Virus record (IMG/VR): IMGVR_UViG_3300027973_000048 | Location: 10,067 to 74,066 of that record | Source: a virus | Strand: one strand, 5' to 3' | DNA length: 64,000 nt | Shown: piece by piece, positions 33,923-43,944 of the stretch | Layout of the letters: every line of letters starts with the position of its first letter | How positions within the stretch are numbered: the first letter of the stretch is position 1 | Position numbers and translations under genes: made by a program | The notes under the pieces: generated by a model | Seen by the model: the letters and a program-made list of their open reading frames with translations, nothing else | Databases searched by the model: none | Told to the model about the DNA's origin: nothing

Positions 33923-34586
33923 ACCTTTGTTTTAACCATTCAAAATCATTAATCAATTTTAGTTTATCAGTATTTTCAAAATTTACCAAAGCATAGGCTT
34001 TACCAGCGAGTGCTCCTTTTATAGCATAACTACCATAAGGTCTATCATAACCTATTGTACACCATGTGCTTAATCTTTTAAGACTTTCATCATTGTCTTT
34101 TTTATTAATTACGTTGATAGTCAATTTAACTGCTTCTCTAAAAGCACTACGCCATGTGCTAAATGAATCTATATTAAAATTTGTGATATTAGATACTTGT
34201 TCTATTACTTTAATTTTATTGTTAATACTTAGTGTCATATCCAAACTAGATGTATCAATTTCTAAAGTTAATCTTCTAGGTAATAATTTAACAGCACCAT
34301 ATCCATAGACCAGATCATTAATGGGATTGATACTATGGAAAATATGCACACAATCTAAATCATAGTCAGGAGCAACATAATTAAATTCAAATTCTTCTAA
34401 TACTCGAGCATCACCATCCACTACCCAAAACATTTTAGTAAAAGAACTTTTTGCTGCTGCTATGTGAGCGTTATGAATACCTTTGACGTTGTTGATTCTT
34501 TTGGCCAATACAAATCTAGAACTCAATATTTCCCAATTTTTATCAGCATTTGATTCATTATTTGAAATAAAAATTATGTCATACAT
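33909..34586 (-). CDS. GT-A glycosyltransferase-like protein
   Basis: FWVVDGD DxD motif, YGYGAVKL and WRSAFRE. Confidence 0.65.
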   Translation of the reverse strand: MYDIIFISNNESNADKNWEILSSRFVLAKRINNVKGIHNAHIAAAKSSFTKMFWVVDGDARVLEEFEFNYVAPDYDLDCVHIFHSINPINDLVYGYGAVKLLPRRLTLEIDTSSLDMTLSINNKIKVIEQVSNITNFNIDSFSTWRSAFREAVKLTINVINKKDNDESLKRLSTWCTIGYDRPYGSYAIKGALAGKAYALVNFENTDKLKLINDFEWLKQRFDND

Positions 34587-35494
34587 TGATAAAAACTCTT
34601 AAATCTACTCCAATACTTACCTGAACTAATTTCGTCATTACTCCAATGTATATGAGCAATTTTATCTAACCATTGTATTCTATCCGTCATTACCGGTGTT
34701 TCTATTAAATTAATATCATCAAAACCTACATCACAAGCCCAACTATTTAAGGGGTCATCTAAATACACAGGAATTCCTTGAATCACACTAACGCAATTTG
34801 GGGTGGAATTAAATCCTACTGAACACCAAGCATTTGCCAAATCAGTTCGAATATTGTCATTATTGGATATGGCCACTCCTTTTCTTCCATAAAGACTGTG
34901 TAACTTTTTTTTATTCTCAGTATTAAAACTTTTATCACCTGGATGCAATCTAACAACGATTTTTCGATCAGTAACTTTTTTCAACCTTTTTATAACACTT
35001 GTAATCCAATCTAATCCATTTTGATTGGGCATGTTCCAAGACAAAGTACGTTGACCTAAAACTAAAATATGATCTCCGTTTTGTCTCCAAGGTTCTATAG
35101 CTAGTTTATGATGTGTTAAAATATTGTCCAATTTTGAATCATATCTTTCATCACCTAAAAAATATTCACCATCTGTTGGATAAACACTATTGACACTGTA
35201 TCTATGATAAAAATGACTGGCTCTGCCATATGAAAAAATATTACTATCTACAAAAATAATTTTAGCCCGTTGCAATTTCAAAATATCAATAATACGTTTT
35301 CTATAATTATTTTCCAAAGTATATCCTAAAATAAACCCTGCATCTAATTTTGGAATATTATCACTGATACTTCTAAATTCTATAACTTCATCCCCACAGA
35401 CATTTACCCCATCACGAAAACAATCCATCAAATTTTCTTTATGTGGAGCTTTATGAATATTAGTTATAGAGGAGTAAAAAATTCCAACTTTCAT
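34574..35494 (-). CDS. GT-B protein (capsule-synthesis KpsC/KpsS-like)
   Basis: LVLGQ, IVVRLHPGD, FNST...GIPV and HWSNDEISSG. Confidence 0.6.
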   Translation of the reverse strand: MKVGIFYSSITNIHKAPHKENLMDCFRDGVNVCGDEVIEFRSISDNIPKLDAGFILGYTLENNYRKRIIDILKLQRAKIIFVDSNIFSYGRASHFYHRYSVNSVYPTDGEYFLGDERYDSKLDNILTHHKLAIEPWRQNGDHILVLGQRTLSWNMPNQNGLDWITSVIKRLKKVTDRKIVVRLHPGDKSFNTENKKKLHSLYGRKGVAISNNDNIRTDLANAWCSVGFNSTPNCVSVIQGIPVYLDDPLNSWACDVGFDDINLIETPVMTDRIQWLDKIAHIHWSNDEISSGKYWSRFKSFYQCMT

Positions 35495-36225
35495 TGATTT
35501 TCTAATCTTTCCAATAGAGCTTCTTTGTTTTTAATCATTTCAGATATCATATCTTCAGTTGATCCTGCCCAAAGACTTCTAATTTTTTTAGGAATTTTAC
35601 TGCCATAATGTACTGTGCCTAAAGTATAGGTATGTAATCCACCACCATGATCTTTATTTTTAATTTTATAACTGGGATATTTCTCAAAAAGACTTTCCAC
35701 AGCGTCCCCGTCATAGGCCCTATCAAGAGTGAGAATTTTTTTTGATTCCCAAATATTTTCATAATCGTATAGCAATTGATCTAGTCTACGATCACTCATA
35801 TTAACTACGATATGGCCTGCATCTAATTTTTTTAATTGTGATTCGCCAGTGGCCCAAATACAGTTGCTTTCAACTAATCCTTTTAAAATAGAATCAAATT
35901 CTTCTTGATTAAATTTCACAATTTCCACATCTGTATCTAGCAATACTACAAAATTATAATCTCTTAAATTACGCAATGCCCATACTTGACTTTGCATTTT
36001 ACGCCAAAAATTTACAGGTTTAGTTCTATTACAAAATTCTGTAAACAAATTTCCTTGATTATAAATATCATTCCATTGAACTATTTTGATTTTTGGTATT
36101 TTTATTACGTCCTCATCACAAATAACGTATTTGTCACCAGGCAATTTACGCCAACTTGGTAAACAATATTTTGCTATGCTGTCGTAATATTTTGCATCAG
36201 CTAATCCACTCCATGCTATATTCAT
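35491..36225 (-). CDS. Glycosyltransferase-like protein (DxD)
   Basis: FWRK and VLLDTD; ATGA-coupled start. Confidence 0.6.
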   Translation of the reverse strand: MNIAWSGLADAKYYDSIAKYCLPSWRKLPGDKYVICDEDVIKIPKIKIVQWNDIYNQGNLFTEFCNRTKPVNFWRKMQSQVWALRNLRDYNFVVLLDTDVEIVKFNQEEFDSILKGLVESNCIWATGESQLKKLDAGHIVVNMSDRRLDQLLYDYENIWESKKILTLDRAYDGDAVESLFEKYPSYKIKNKDHGGGLHTYTLGTVHYGSKIPKKIRSLWAGSTEDMISEMIKNKEALLERLENQ

Positions 36226-36911
36226 TTTATATCCCTCTGCTGACAATATTCAGTTAGAATACGTTCCTTATGCCATTCATCTGCCATTGGTGTATTGGCA
36301 AACTCATGAAAAGAAGGTGCACCTAACGTATAATGCAACAACTTAGCATCAGGATTAGCACCATATTCATCTGGAAGCCAATTCCATTCTTTAGGCAATT
36401 CACCTATTCGACTGTCATCTAGCCATGTAAATCTATGTAATTCTTTGCCTGTTGCTTGCATTATATACTCTGGAGTTAGTATTCTATTTGGAAAACTATT
36501 GCAATTCCAAAGTATAACACTGGACCAATTTTTACGGGGATAATCCTCATTTTTAGCACCTAAGTATTTAACTGGCATTTTGGTTTTATAGTCATGCTTG
36601 ACCACTTGTACATCAAACATACTATTACGCAGATTCCATAATTCAGTAATGTCACTACGCACTACCATATCGCCATCAATAAAAATAGCATGGCCACACC
36701 AATGCATAAGATATGGAACTAGGAATCTAGTGTATATAAAATGATTACTGCCGTCAGTATGAGTCTCACTGTAATCTTTAAAAAGATTCAGTGCTACTGG
36801 TACAATACTAACGGGGCTAGTGCTAGTTCTTATTATGCTGTTAGCACATACATGGAATACTGTGGCCTCTCTAGGATCATACCCAATAAAAATTGGGATC
36901 AAATCTTTCAT
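36222..36911 (-). CDS. GT-A glycosyltransferase (GT8-like)
   Basis: IFIGYDPRE, RFLVPYL, FIDGD, KNWSSVILWN and LHYTLGAP. Confidence 0.85.
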   Translation of the reverse strand: MKDLIPIFIGYDPREATVFHVCANSIIRTSTSPVSIVPVALNLFKDYSETHTDGSNHFIYTRFLVPYLMHWCGHAIFIDGDMVVRSDITELWNLRNSMFDVQVVKHDYKTKMPVKYLGAKNEDYPRKNWSSVILWNCNSFPNRILTPEYIMQATGKELHRFTWLDDSRIGELPKEWNWLPDEYGANPDAKLLHYTLGAPSFHEFANTPMADEWHKERILTEYCQQRDIK

Positions 36912-37370
36912 CTATAATGTAGCATCCTCTAACCCTGCGGTTCGAAGTTTTATTACATTACTTAGCTGCCATTGTTTGATGTCCAATGCTTTTGTGATGC
37001 CCAACCATTTATTACGTATTAAGGCGAATTCATTAATGGCTTTTTCAAATTCAACAACGTCTGGTTCGCCTTCTACGTAACGATCACAATCACGACTGCT
37101 TAATGCTCTTTGATAGTTTTCCAAATACTTTTTAAAGTGATGGCTTTTAAGTTGACGCATTTCAATATTGAGAAACTCTAAGATAGCTTCGATTTCCTGT
37201 AATTGATTGAATCTCTGCTCTACAATACCAGGCATGCTGGCTGCTGCTTTTTCTATATTTCCCGCTATACGGGCATCTTTTCTTGCTTCAATCAATTCAT
37301 CTTCATAATATGCCATGGCATCAGGCAAAAGACTGAAATCTTGGCTGATCTTAGAGTACCACATGATCAA
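36912..37370 (-). CDS. uvsY: Recombination mediator UvsY-like
   Basis: Helical ~150 aa protein with KALDIKQWQLSNVIKLR; lies near uvsX and gp32. Confidence 0.7.
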   Translation of the reverse strand: MIMWYSKISQDFSLLPDAMAYYEDELIEARKDARIAGNIEKAAASMPGIVEQRFNQLQEIEAILEFLNIEMRQLKSHHFKKYLENYQRALSSRDCDRYVEGEPDVVEFEKAINEFALIRNKWLGITKALDIKQWQLSNVIKLRTAGLEDATL

Positions 37371-37606
37371 TATTCGTCTTCTTCAGGATCTTCGTAATCT
37401 TCCTCAATGTCAATGTCATCTTCCAAATAATACTCAATGGCGCTGTCTAAATCTGCATCCACTCCCATAGCACCTTGAAGGACTTTGTCCTTAATATTAA
37501 AGTCTGCTAGCAAGTCAATAAATTGCTCGGCAGCAGCTTGAATATCCTCCTTGCCAATGAACTCTTTAAAAAAACACCAAATATCACCAATTTGCGTATC
37601 AGTCAT
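37367..37606 (-). CDS. Small acidic hypothetical protein
   Basis: 79 aa with an Asp/Glu tail. Confidence 0.7.
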   Translation of the reverse strand: MTDTQIGDIWCFFKEFIGKEDIQAAAEQFIDLLADFNIKDKVLQGAMGVDADLDSAIEYYLEDDIDIEEDYEDPEEDEY

Positions 37607-38648
37607 TTTCTACAGCCTCCTCCGTTATGACTTCTTTAGGTTTAATGTTATGGAAATCCTCCATTAACATATCTAATTTATCATTTTTCCATTCTTTTCT
37701 GTAATATAAGTGTTCTACACCTTTACTGTCAGTGAACTTGAGTCTATTACCCTGCTGTACTAACACCCCCTTAGCTTCAAACAAATCTACTAAGCCACTA
37801 TATGGATCCATGCCAGTTTCATAAGGAATCTTAATTTGCAGTGTTTCAAAAGGCTTGGCATAACGTGTCTTCATAATCTTACAACTAGCTCGAATACCTT
37901 TTACTTCACTGATCTTATTGCCATTCTCATCCTCTTTGAGTTTGAGCTTTTTCATAGCAACTACGATACTACTTGCATACACAAAGCCTTGACCACCACT
38001 GATCTTATCATCTGGATCAAACATGTCTTGGCTAGCATAGGTATGATTGGTACAAACCATGCCCACATTATAATTACCAAACATATTGACACAATTACGA
38101 ACCAATGCAGTTAAGGCCTTAGGTTTACGACCCATGTCACCTTTCAAATCGCCTGCTTCAAATTGATTAACATCAGTAGGAGTTAATAACATTCCCAAAC
38201 TATCAAGTACAAATAGAACTTTAGGACGTTCTGGCATTTCTTTGTACTCTTTCATAAACTCGCTAATAGTTTTGGCCACATCATCAATCATGGCCATATT
38301 CAATTTGAGCAGTTTATCTTCACTAGTATCCACACCAAGTGCTTTAAGCCATGCTTCATCCAATGCATTTTCAGTATCAACAAGTACCACATAGATACCT
38401 TGTTCTTGTGCATGTTTAATTAAATTGCCACTGCAAATATAACTTTTACCTGCACCGCTTTCACCAGCAAACACAGTAACTTTGCCCAAGGGAATACCTT
38501 TATGGAAATCACTGCTAATTAAATAGTTTAGTGCATAATTGCCAGTACTTACCCAATCTGTAGGATCATTAAATCCCACACCCAATCCATCAATACTCTT
38601 AGTTAGAGTTTTACGAAATTTACTTAAATCAAATGCTTTTGTTGCCAT
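37599..38648 (-). CDS. uvsX: RecA-like recombinase UvsX
   Basis: AGESGAGKS, DTENA, LDSLG, TNHTY and GGQG; start MATKAFDL after an AGGA RBS. Confidence 0.95.
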   Translation of the reverse strand: MATKAFDLSKFRKTLTKSIDGLGVGFNDPTDWVSTGNYALNYLISSDFHKGIPLGKVTVFAGESGAGKSYICSGNLIKHAQEQGIYVVLVDTENALDEAWLKALGVDTSEDKLLKLNMAMIDDVAKTISEFMKEYKEMPERPKVLFVLDSLGMLLTPTDVNQFEAGDLKGDMGRKPKALTALVRNCVNMFGNYNVGMVCTNHTYASQDMFDPDDKISGGQGFVYASSIVVAMKKLKLKEDENGNKISEVKGIRASCKIMKTRYAKPFETLQIKIPYETGMDPYSGLVDLFEAKGVLVQQGNRLKFTDSKGVEHLYYRKEWKNDKLDMLMEDFHNIKPKEVITEEAVEND

Positions 38649-38649
38649 A

Positions 38650-38850
38650 TTACATTCCTGGTTTAGGTGAAACAACGATGTCTTCACGCCCAATTGCTTT
38701 GAGCCAAGTGTTCAATCTATTAATTAAAACACTGTCATCTTTAGGGTTATCAAACCTAATATCAATATCAGCTACGGTATCGCCTGATTGATCTTCACGA
38801 CTATTAAAACTCAAAGTAAAGCTTTCATTAATTTTCTGTGCTTTTGCCAT
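38650..38850 (-). CDS. Hypothetical protein
   Basis: 66 aa from MAKAQKINES; GGAGA RBS. Confidence 0.7.
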   Translation of the reverse strand: MAKAQKINESFTLSFNSREDQSGDTVADIDIRFDNPKDDSVLINRLNTWLKAIGREDIVVSPKPGM

Positions 38851-38868
38851 TATTTTTCTCCATAGAAA

Positions 38869-38904
38869 ACTCGGGCGTATGACTAGTGTCACAGAGGCCC
38901 AAGT
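38869..38904 (-). other. Structured intergenic RNA element downstream of gp32
   Basis: Minus strand ACUUGGGC-cucu-GUGAC-acua-GUCAU-ac-GCCCGAGU followed by UUUCU. Confidence 0.45.
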
Positions 38905-38910
38905 GGTAAA

Positions 38911-39909
38911 TTACGCTTTTTGACGATTACGAATCATTGCAATAATGTCGGTTGCGCGACTGTCACTGCCTTTAGATTCTTCTTTTTCTTCAACAGATTT
39001 AACTGTTTTAAGAGCAGGTTTAACTGCCTTAGCCACAGGCTTTGGCGGTTCATCGTCCATGTCATCGTCCAAGTCTGGTGCAACTGCAACTGCTTTTTTA
39101 ACAGCCACAGGATCACCAGTGCTTTGAGCAGCACCGCTAGGTTTGAAATATTGACCCCAACGTTCCATATCATATTCCTCACCATCTACGCTGGCTTGGA
39201 ACATTTCCTTGATAACTTTGACTTCTACTTCAGTAGGTTTCTTAGGTAGGAAATCTTTAAGTTTGAACAGGCCAAATTCATCAATTGCCGCTTGCTCATC
39301 TGCACTGAGAGGACGTTCACGACGGCTCCATTTGCTGGTGCCGTAATCTGCATAACCACCTTTACTGGATTTGATCAGACGAAAATCAACGCCATGAACA
39401 TAATCAGTAGGAAGGTCTTCCATTTCTGGATCCATCAATGCACCTTTGATCAAAGTAAAGATTTGGGGTCCAATAATAAATCTACGAATGGGATTTTCTG
39501 ATTTTTGATCTTCTTTGAGACCATCTTCAGTGACAAAGCCTTGGAACAAATAGCTACGCTTTTTCCAATATTTACGACCCATTGCTTCGAGACTGGGGTC
39601 TTTAAACCACGCTCGAACTTCACTGAGTACAGGACAGACTTCGCCATACATTTCCATACAAGGAACTTGTACATTGACTTTTTTATTATCTGTCTCGCCT
39701 TTCATGCCTGCAAATTCCAGCTTGATCATAGCACGTTCTACCCAAAAGAATGTGTTAGAGTCATCGCCGTCTGGGAGGAATCTTACAGCCGATTCACCTC
39801 CTTCTTTAAGATTCCAGAAAGGATAAATTGAAAGATCGCCGGTGCCTGTTCCGCCGCCTTTTACTTCTTGTTCTTTTAATTTTGCTCGAATTTCTGCTAA
39901 AGTTGCCAT
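38911..39909 (-). CDS. Single-stranded DNA-binding protein (gp32-like)
   Basis: VRFLPDGD, CPV, YWKKRSY and GGYADYGTSKW; acidic C-terminal region. Confidence 0.9.
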   Translation of the reverse strand: MATLAEIRAKLKEQEVKGGGTGTGDLSIYPFWNLKEGGESAVRFLPDGDDSNTFFWVERAMIKLEFAGMKGETDNKKVNVQVPCMEMYGEVCPVLSEVRAWFKDPSLEAMGRKYWKKRSYLFQGFVTEDGLKEDQKSENPIRRFIIGPQIFTLIKGALMDPEMEDLPTDYVHGVDFRLIKSSKGGYADYGTSKWSRRERPLSADEQAAIDEFGLFKLKDFLPKKPTEVEVKVIKEMFQASVDGEEYDMERWGQYFKPSGAAQSTGDPVAVKKAVAVAPDLDDDMDDEPPKPVAKAVKPALKTVKSVEEKEESKGSDSRATDIIAMIRNRQKA

Positions 39910-39967
39910 AGTTTTTCTCCTGTAATTGCCTATGTTTTGCCTATATTATCAGACACGTGTCCAATAA

Positions 39968-39998
39968 AAAAACGCATATAGCTAGTATATGCGTTTTT
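39968..39998 (-). terminator. Rho-independent terminator after 40037..42349
   Basis: 13-bp stem AAAAACGCATATA/TATATGCGTTTTT with a 5-nt loop and T tracts. Confidence 0.65.
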
Positions 39999-40012
39999 AT
40001 TTAGCTTTGCAA
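39984..40012 (-). promoter_or_regulatory. Sigma70 promoter for gp32 with nested TAAATA
   Basis: TTGCAA-17-TATACT on the minus strand; TAAATA at 40003-39998. Confidence 0.65.
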
Positions 40013-40036
40013 GCAAAAAGGTAGAAAAAATAAAAC

Positions 40037-42349
40037 TTATGCAGTCAATCCTGCCAATTTCTTAAGATCTGCTATCATTGTCATAGCTTGATCAGGGGTT
40101 GTTGGCTTCATTTTAGACAATGCTGTTTTAAGATCCGGCGTAGTGCCTGCTCTTGTAGGCGATACTGAAGGCATAGAAGTTCCAGATGATCCTGCTCCTG
40201 GCATACTAGGCATATTCATACCTTTCATCATGTCACCAAACTTGCCCTGTATACCTTTATACATACCACCTACGGGATCACTACCACTGGCATCAAGGCC
40301 CATACTACCGGCCATACCTTTGAATTTGCCTATAGCATCATCATAACTGGCAGGTTGGCCGTTTATGGTGCCACTGCTAGTATTAGTAGTTTTCATATTA
40401 GCAGCTGGGATCTTACTTTGTATATTCTGCATCATACCTTGTGGATCCATTCCGCCCATCATGCCTTTCATCATACCGCCCACATCAGATATACCAGCTT
40501 CCATAATACCAGCCATTCTTCTCATGTCTGATAACTCTCTTGAATGACTATGGCGCTGCTTGTATTTTTCCATGATGTTATTACAAGCTCTTTCCACCAT
40601 GTGGTCAAATCTATCCGCTTTATGAGTGCCCGGGGGAACATGATATTTTTCTTTGAGTTCCTTACACATCTTTGTGACAAACCCTTCTTCACCTATAGTA
40701 AAGGTTCCCTCAGTTTGATTAAAGAATCCACTAATACGACTACGAATTTCATCAACTAACTTATGTCCAGTACCACTTTCAGCAAGTGGGGCAGGATTTG
40801 GAATCATTGGTCCTGGGGCTGCTCCTGGAGGCGCTGCTTCAGGCGGTGGTGCTGGAGGGGCTGCTGCTTCAGGAGGTGGTGCTGGAGGGGCTGCTGCTTC
40901 AGGAGGTGGTGCTGGGGGGGCTGCTGCTTCAGGGGGAGTAACAGGGGGAGTAACAGGGGGAGTAACAGGGGGAGTTACTGATGTGCCATCAAACCCCAAT
41001 TTACTACTTAAATCTGTGCCATTTTCTCTATCATGCGACTTTAAATATGACGCGATAATTGGTCTAGCATCCATTTCATCTAAACCCAAATCTGCTAGTA
41101 TCTGAAACGCACGATTTAATTTATTATTATCTATAATACCTTTTATACTATCTCTAACATTATCCCCATCTGTGCCTAATGGTAATTCATTACCAAATAA
41201 ATTCTTTAATTCAGCCATGGCCTGCTGTTGTAATTCCTCATTGTCATCAAATAAATCATCATCTTCTTTGACTATTTGATCTAGATAACTTTCAAAAGCA
41301 CTTAATTCTTTAATTTTTTTGTTTTTTAACTTTAAATCTTTTTTATCATCATTGGTTTTTAACATGTCCTCTTCTGTGTCAATCTCTTTAACAGGCAACT
41401 GTGATTCATCAACTAATTTATAGATATAAGGAAATGCTGTTTTTAATTCTTCATTGAAACTACGCACAGTTAATCTATCAATCCAATCATTGAGTACTTC
41501 CTCGGGCACATCCTGTGATTGATTTACTCTAAAATTCTCTTTAAAAACACTATAGTTTTTAGACATCTGTAATGAATGCACTTGTTTTTTGATGTCATTA
41601 ATACGTTCAATTACTTTTTGTTGAATATTGCCCATGCTTTCACTAACTACAGGGCTACGATCTACATAATTCTTAAAAAATCTTAGTTTACTTAATTCTT
41701 CACTAAGTCCAATAACATGACGACCAATATCATCATATGGTGTACCACCATGACTTACGTGCTGGGCCAAAGCTCTTGCACCATTTAAATGCTTGACTGG
41801 GTATAAAAATCTTTCACCCATTGCATTTTCTACATAAATGTTCTCAATACGTTGAGATCTTCCGTTCATGGAGTTTAAATTAACAGGTTGACTGTGTCTT
41901 ACTATAATTTTAGCCTCACCTATTTCTTGATAACTGGTCTTACTAGTACCAAATAGTTTTGATTCATTCATATCATTTTCCCCTAAGGAATCTCTTTTAT
42001 CCAAATTAGTTTGTGAAGGATTTTGTGCATTAAAATTTAATCCATGTGTTTGAGCAAATTTAGGCAATATATTTCTAATAAACCTATCCCATGACCTGTT
42101 ATTCACTGTATCACTCCACTGCACATCTAAACCAGGATCTTCACCTTCTTCTGATAGGCTAATAGTAACATTTACTACTTTTTCACCTTCTTCATTGGTA
42201 AAATCAAAGTTAAACTTTCTTGCATCAGCATCTTTTAAATTAACGCCGTCAATAGGTTTGTCGTCCGCAGTGGATTTTTTAAGGCTGGGAAACCTTGTTT
42301 GCAATTGTCTACCCAAATCTTTGGCTATTTGTTGGAAATTCGCACTCAT
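40037..42349 (-). CDS. Large head-associated hypothetical protein
   Basis: 770 aa downstream of TerL with a late promoter, many x-x-E sites, Pro repeats and a Met/Gly-rich tail. Confidence 0.75.
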   Translation of the reverse strand: MSANFQQIAKDLGRQLQTRFPSLKKSTADDKPIDGVNLKDADARKFNFDFTNEEGEKVVNVTISLSEEGEDPGLDVQWSDTVNNRSWDRFIRNILPKFAQTHGLNFNAQNPSQTNLDKRDSLGENDMNESKLFGTSKTSYQEIGEAKIIVRHSQPVNLNSMNGRSQRIENIYVENAMGERFLYPVKHLNGARALAQHVSHGGTPYDDIGRHVIGLSEELSKLRFFKNYVDRSPVVSESMGNIQQKVIERINDIKKQVHSLQMSKNYSVFKENFRVNQSQDVPEEVLNDWIDRLTVRSFNEELKTAFPYIYKLVDESQLPVKEIDTEEDMLKTNDDKKDLKLKNKKIKELSAFESYLDQIVKEDDDLFDDNEELQQQAMAELKNLFGNELPLGTDGDNVRDSIKGIIDNNKLNRAFQILADLGLDEMDARPIIASYLKSHDRENGTDLSSKLGFDGTSVTPPVTPPVTPPVTPPEAAAPPAPPPEAAAPPAPPPEAAAPPAPPPEAAPPGAAPGPMIPNPAPLAESGTGHKLVDEIRSRISGFFNQTEGTFTIGEEGFVTKMCKELKEKYHVPPGTHKADRFDHMVERACNNIMEKYKQRHSHSRELSDMRRMAGIMEAGISDVGGMMKGMMGGMDPQGMMQNIQSKIPAANMKTTNTSSGTINGQPASYDDAIGKFKGMAGSMGLDASGSDPVGGMYKGIQGKFGDMMKGMNMPSMPGAGSSGTSMPSVSPTRAGTTPDLKTALSKMKPTTPDQAMTMIADLKKLAGLTA
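40833..40978 (-). repeat. Coding repeats (VTPP)x4 and (PPEAAAPPAP)x3
   Basis: 12-bp and 30-bp tandem units are visible. Confidence 0.9.
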
Positions 42350-42354
42350 ATCAA

Positions 42355-42360
42355 TATTTA
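42355..42360 (-). promoter_or_regulatory. Late promoter TAAATA, 5 nt before ATG
   Basis: TAAATA-ttgat-ATG with no SD. Confidence 0.55.
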
Positions 42361-43944
42361 TTAGAAACTGCTGGAAATGAATATAGGTAAAGGTGCTTCA
42401 AAATCCTCTTCTACGTGTACACCACTAAGACTTTCAAACACCCTTGGATCCCAATCAGCCACTAAAGTACTCATTCTAACCATCAATAACAAGGCACTTA
42501 CCAAGTCATCATGATCACCGGTCTTTGCTTTGAAGGTAAAACCAGCTGCAATAAAACTCTTTAGCTCACTGATCAAGCTTTTACTATTAATTTCCATCTG
42601 ACCTGTTTCAATTAAATGCTTTAATCTAGCACAAGCCGATATTTTACTACTATGTGTAGTGTTAAATCCTTTACGAAACTTACGCACATGCCCTTTGCGT
42701 ATGGGTTCTGAAACCATTAACCCGCTAAATTGCTCTTCACCTAGGTCTTTGATCACTACTAAACCTGCTTCGCCCACAGTATTGTTTTCTATACTCCAGT
42801 AAATGTTATTAGATGCACCGCCCATTTCATCACTGAGATATTTAAGTATGTCTTTTAGAATTTTAATCTGCCCTTGAATAGGGGTAGTATTATGATGCCA
42901 CTCTGCTACCTGTTTAAATGTGGGCAATTCAAACACTTCTATAGCACTATAGTTTCCACCTGTACCTAAACTAGGATCTAAACTGACTAGATATATGTTA
43001 TCTGAATTTAATCTACTATACCACCTAGTTTGACCCATTTTAAACAAAGGATCCCTGCCAGTTAATTCACTCAATCTAATACTATTAACTAATGTTTCAT
43101 CATAGATCAAAAATTCGCAGCCGTATTCACGACGGAATCGTTCTTCACCAATTCTACTTTGCTCTTGTGCGGCCCAAGCATCGTCTCTATCTGGGTGTTC
43201 ATCCCAAGTACAAGTAAAAGGAAAAAATCCATTAGCACCTAATTCTTGCTCATTACCATACTCGTCATAGTTATTATTAGCTTCTTTCCATATTGTAGCA
43301 AATGTGTCTTCGTCACTGTTAGGTGTACTGGTAATAATAGCGCGACCACCAGTGGCCAATGTAGGTGATATTGACGTCCAAAATTCATCAGCAATATTTG
43401 GCATCACAAAAGCAAACTCATCGCAATATAATAAGGATATACTCATACCACGACCAGTATTGCCTGTAGTTGTAGCAGATACAATACGTGATCCATTGTC
43501 AAATTCTATACTACCTTTATTATAATTGATCACACCAGATCGAATATAGTCAGGACAAAGCTCATATGCATAACGAATACGCTGCATAATCTCCTGCGAA
43601 CCAGTATATTTGTGGGCAGCAATTAGAATAGTTTGGTCTGGATGAAACATTGCATACCAGAGTAAGTACCCACTCGCACAGGTGGTCTTGCCCATCTGTC
43701 TAGGCAACATGTTTACAGTAAATCTATGATTATGATATGCGTGTAGAAGTCTTACTTGGTAATCAAAAGGTTCAAATAATAACTTGCCTTTGACCGGATG
43801 TTGAATATAAAAGAAATTAGTGCAAAAATGCAAGTATCCAACTTCAGGATCACTGCATTTTAAGAGATTTTCTACCTGCTGTTCGGTATACTTTTCTTTC
43901 TTATAGGCTTTCTTAGTAAGTACACCATCCAGAGACTTGGACAT
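42361..43944 (-). CDS. terL: Terminase large subunit (gp17-like)
   Basis: PRQMGKTT Walker A, LLYCDEFAF Walker B, ITSTPN; nuclease LDPSLG...HDDLV. Confidence 0.96.
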   Translation of the reverse strand: MSKSLDGVLTKKAYKKEKYTEQQVENLLKCSDPEVGYLHFCTNFFYIQHPVKGKLLFEPFDYQVRLLHAYHNHRFTVNMLPRQMGKTTCASGYLLWYAMFHPDQTILIAAHKYTGSQEIMQRIRYAYELCPDYIRSGVINYNKGSIEFDNGSRIVSATTTGNTGRGMSISLLYCDEFAFVMPNIADEFWTSISPTLATGGRAIITSTPNSDEDTFATIWKEANNNYDEYGNEQELGANGFFPFTCTWDEHPDRDDAWAAQEQSRIGEERFRREYGCEFLIYDETLVNSIRLSELTGRDPLFKMGQTRWYSRLNSDNIYLVSLDPSLGTGGNYSAIEVFELPTFKQVAEWHHNTTPIQGQIKILKDILKYLSDEMGGASNNIYWSIENNTVGEAGLVVIKDLGEEQFSGLMVSEPIRKGHVRKFRKGFNTTHSSKISACARLKHLIETGQMEINSKSLISELKSFIAAGFTFKAKTGDHDDLVSALLLMVRMSTLVADWDPRVFESLSGVHVEEDFEAPLPIFISSSF

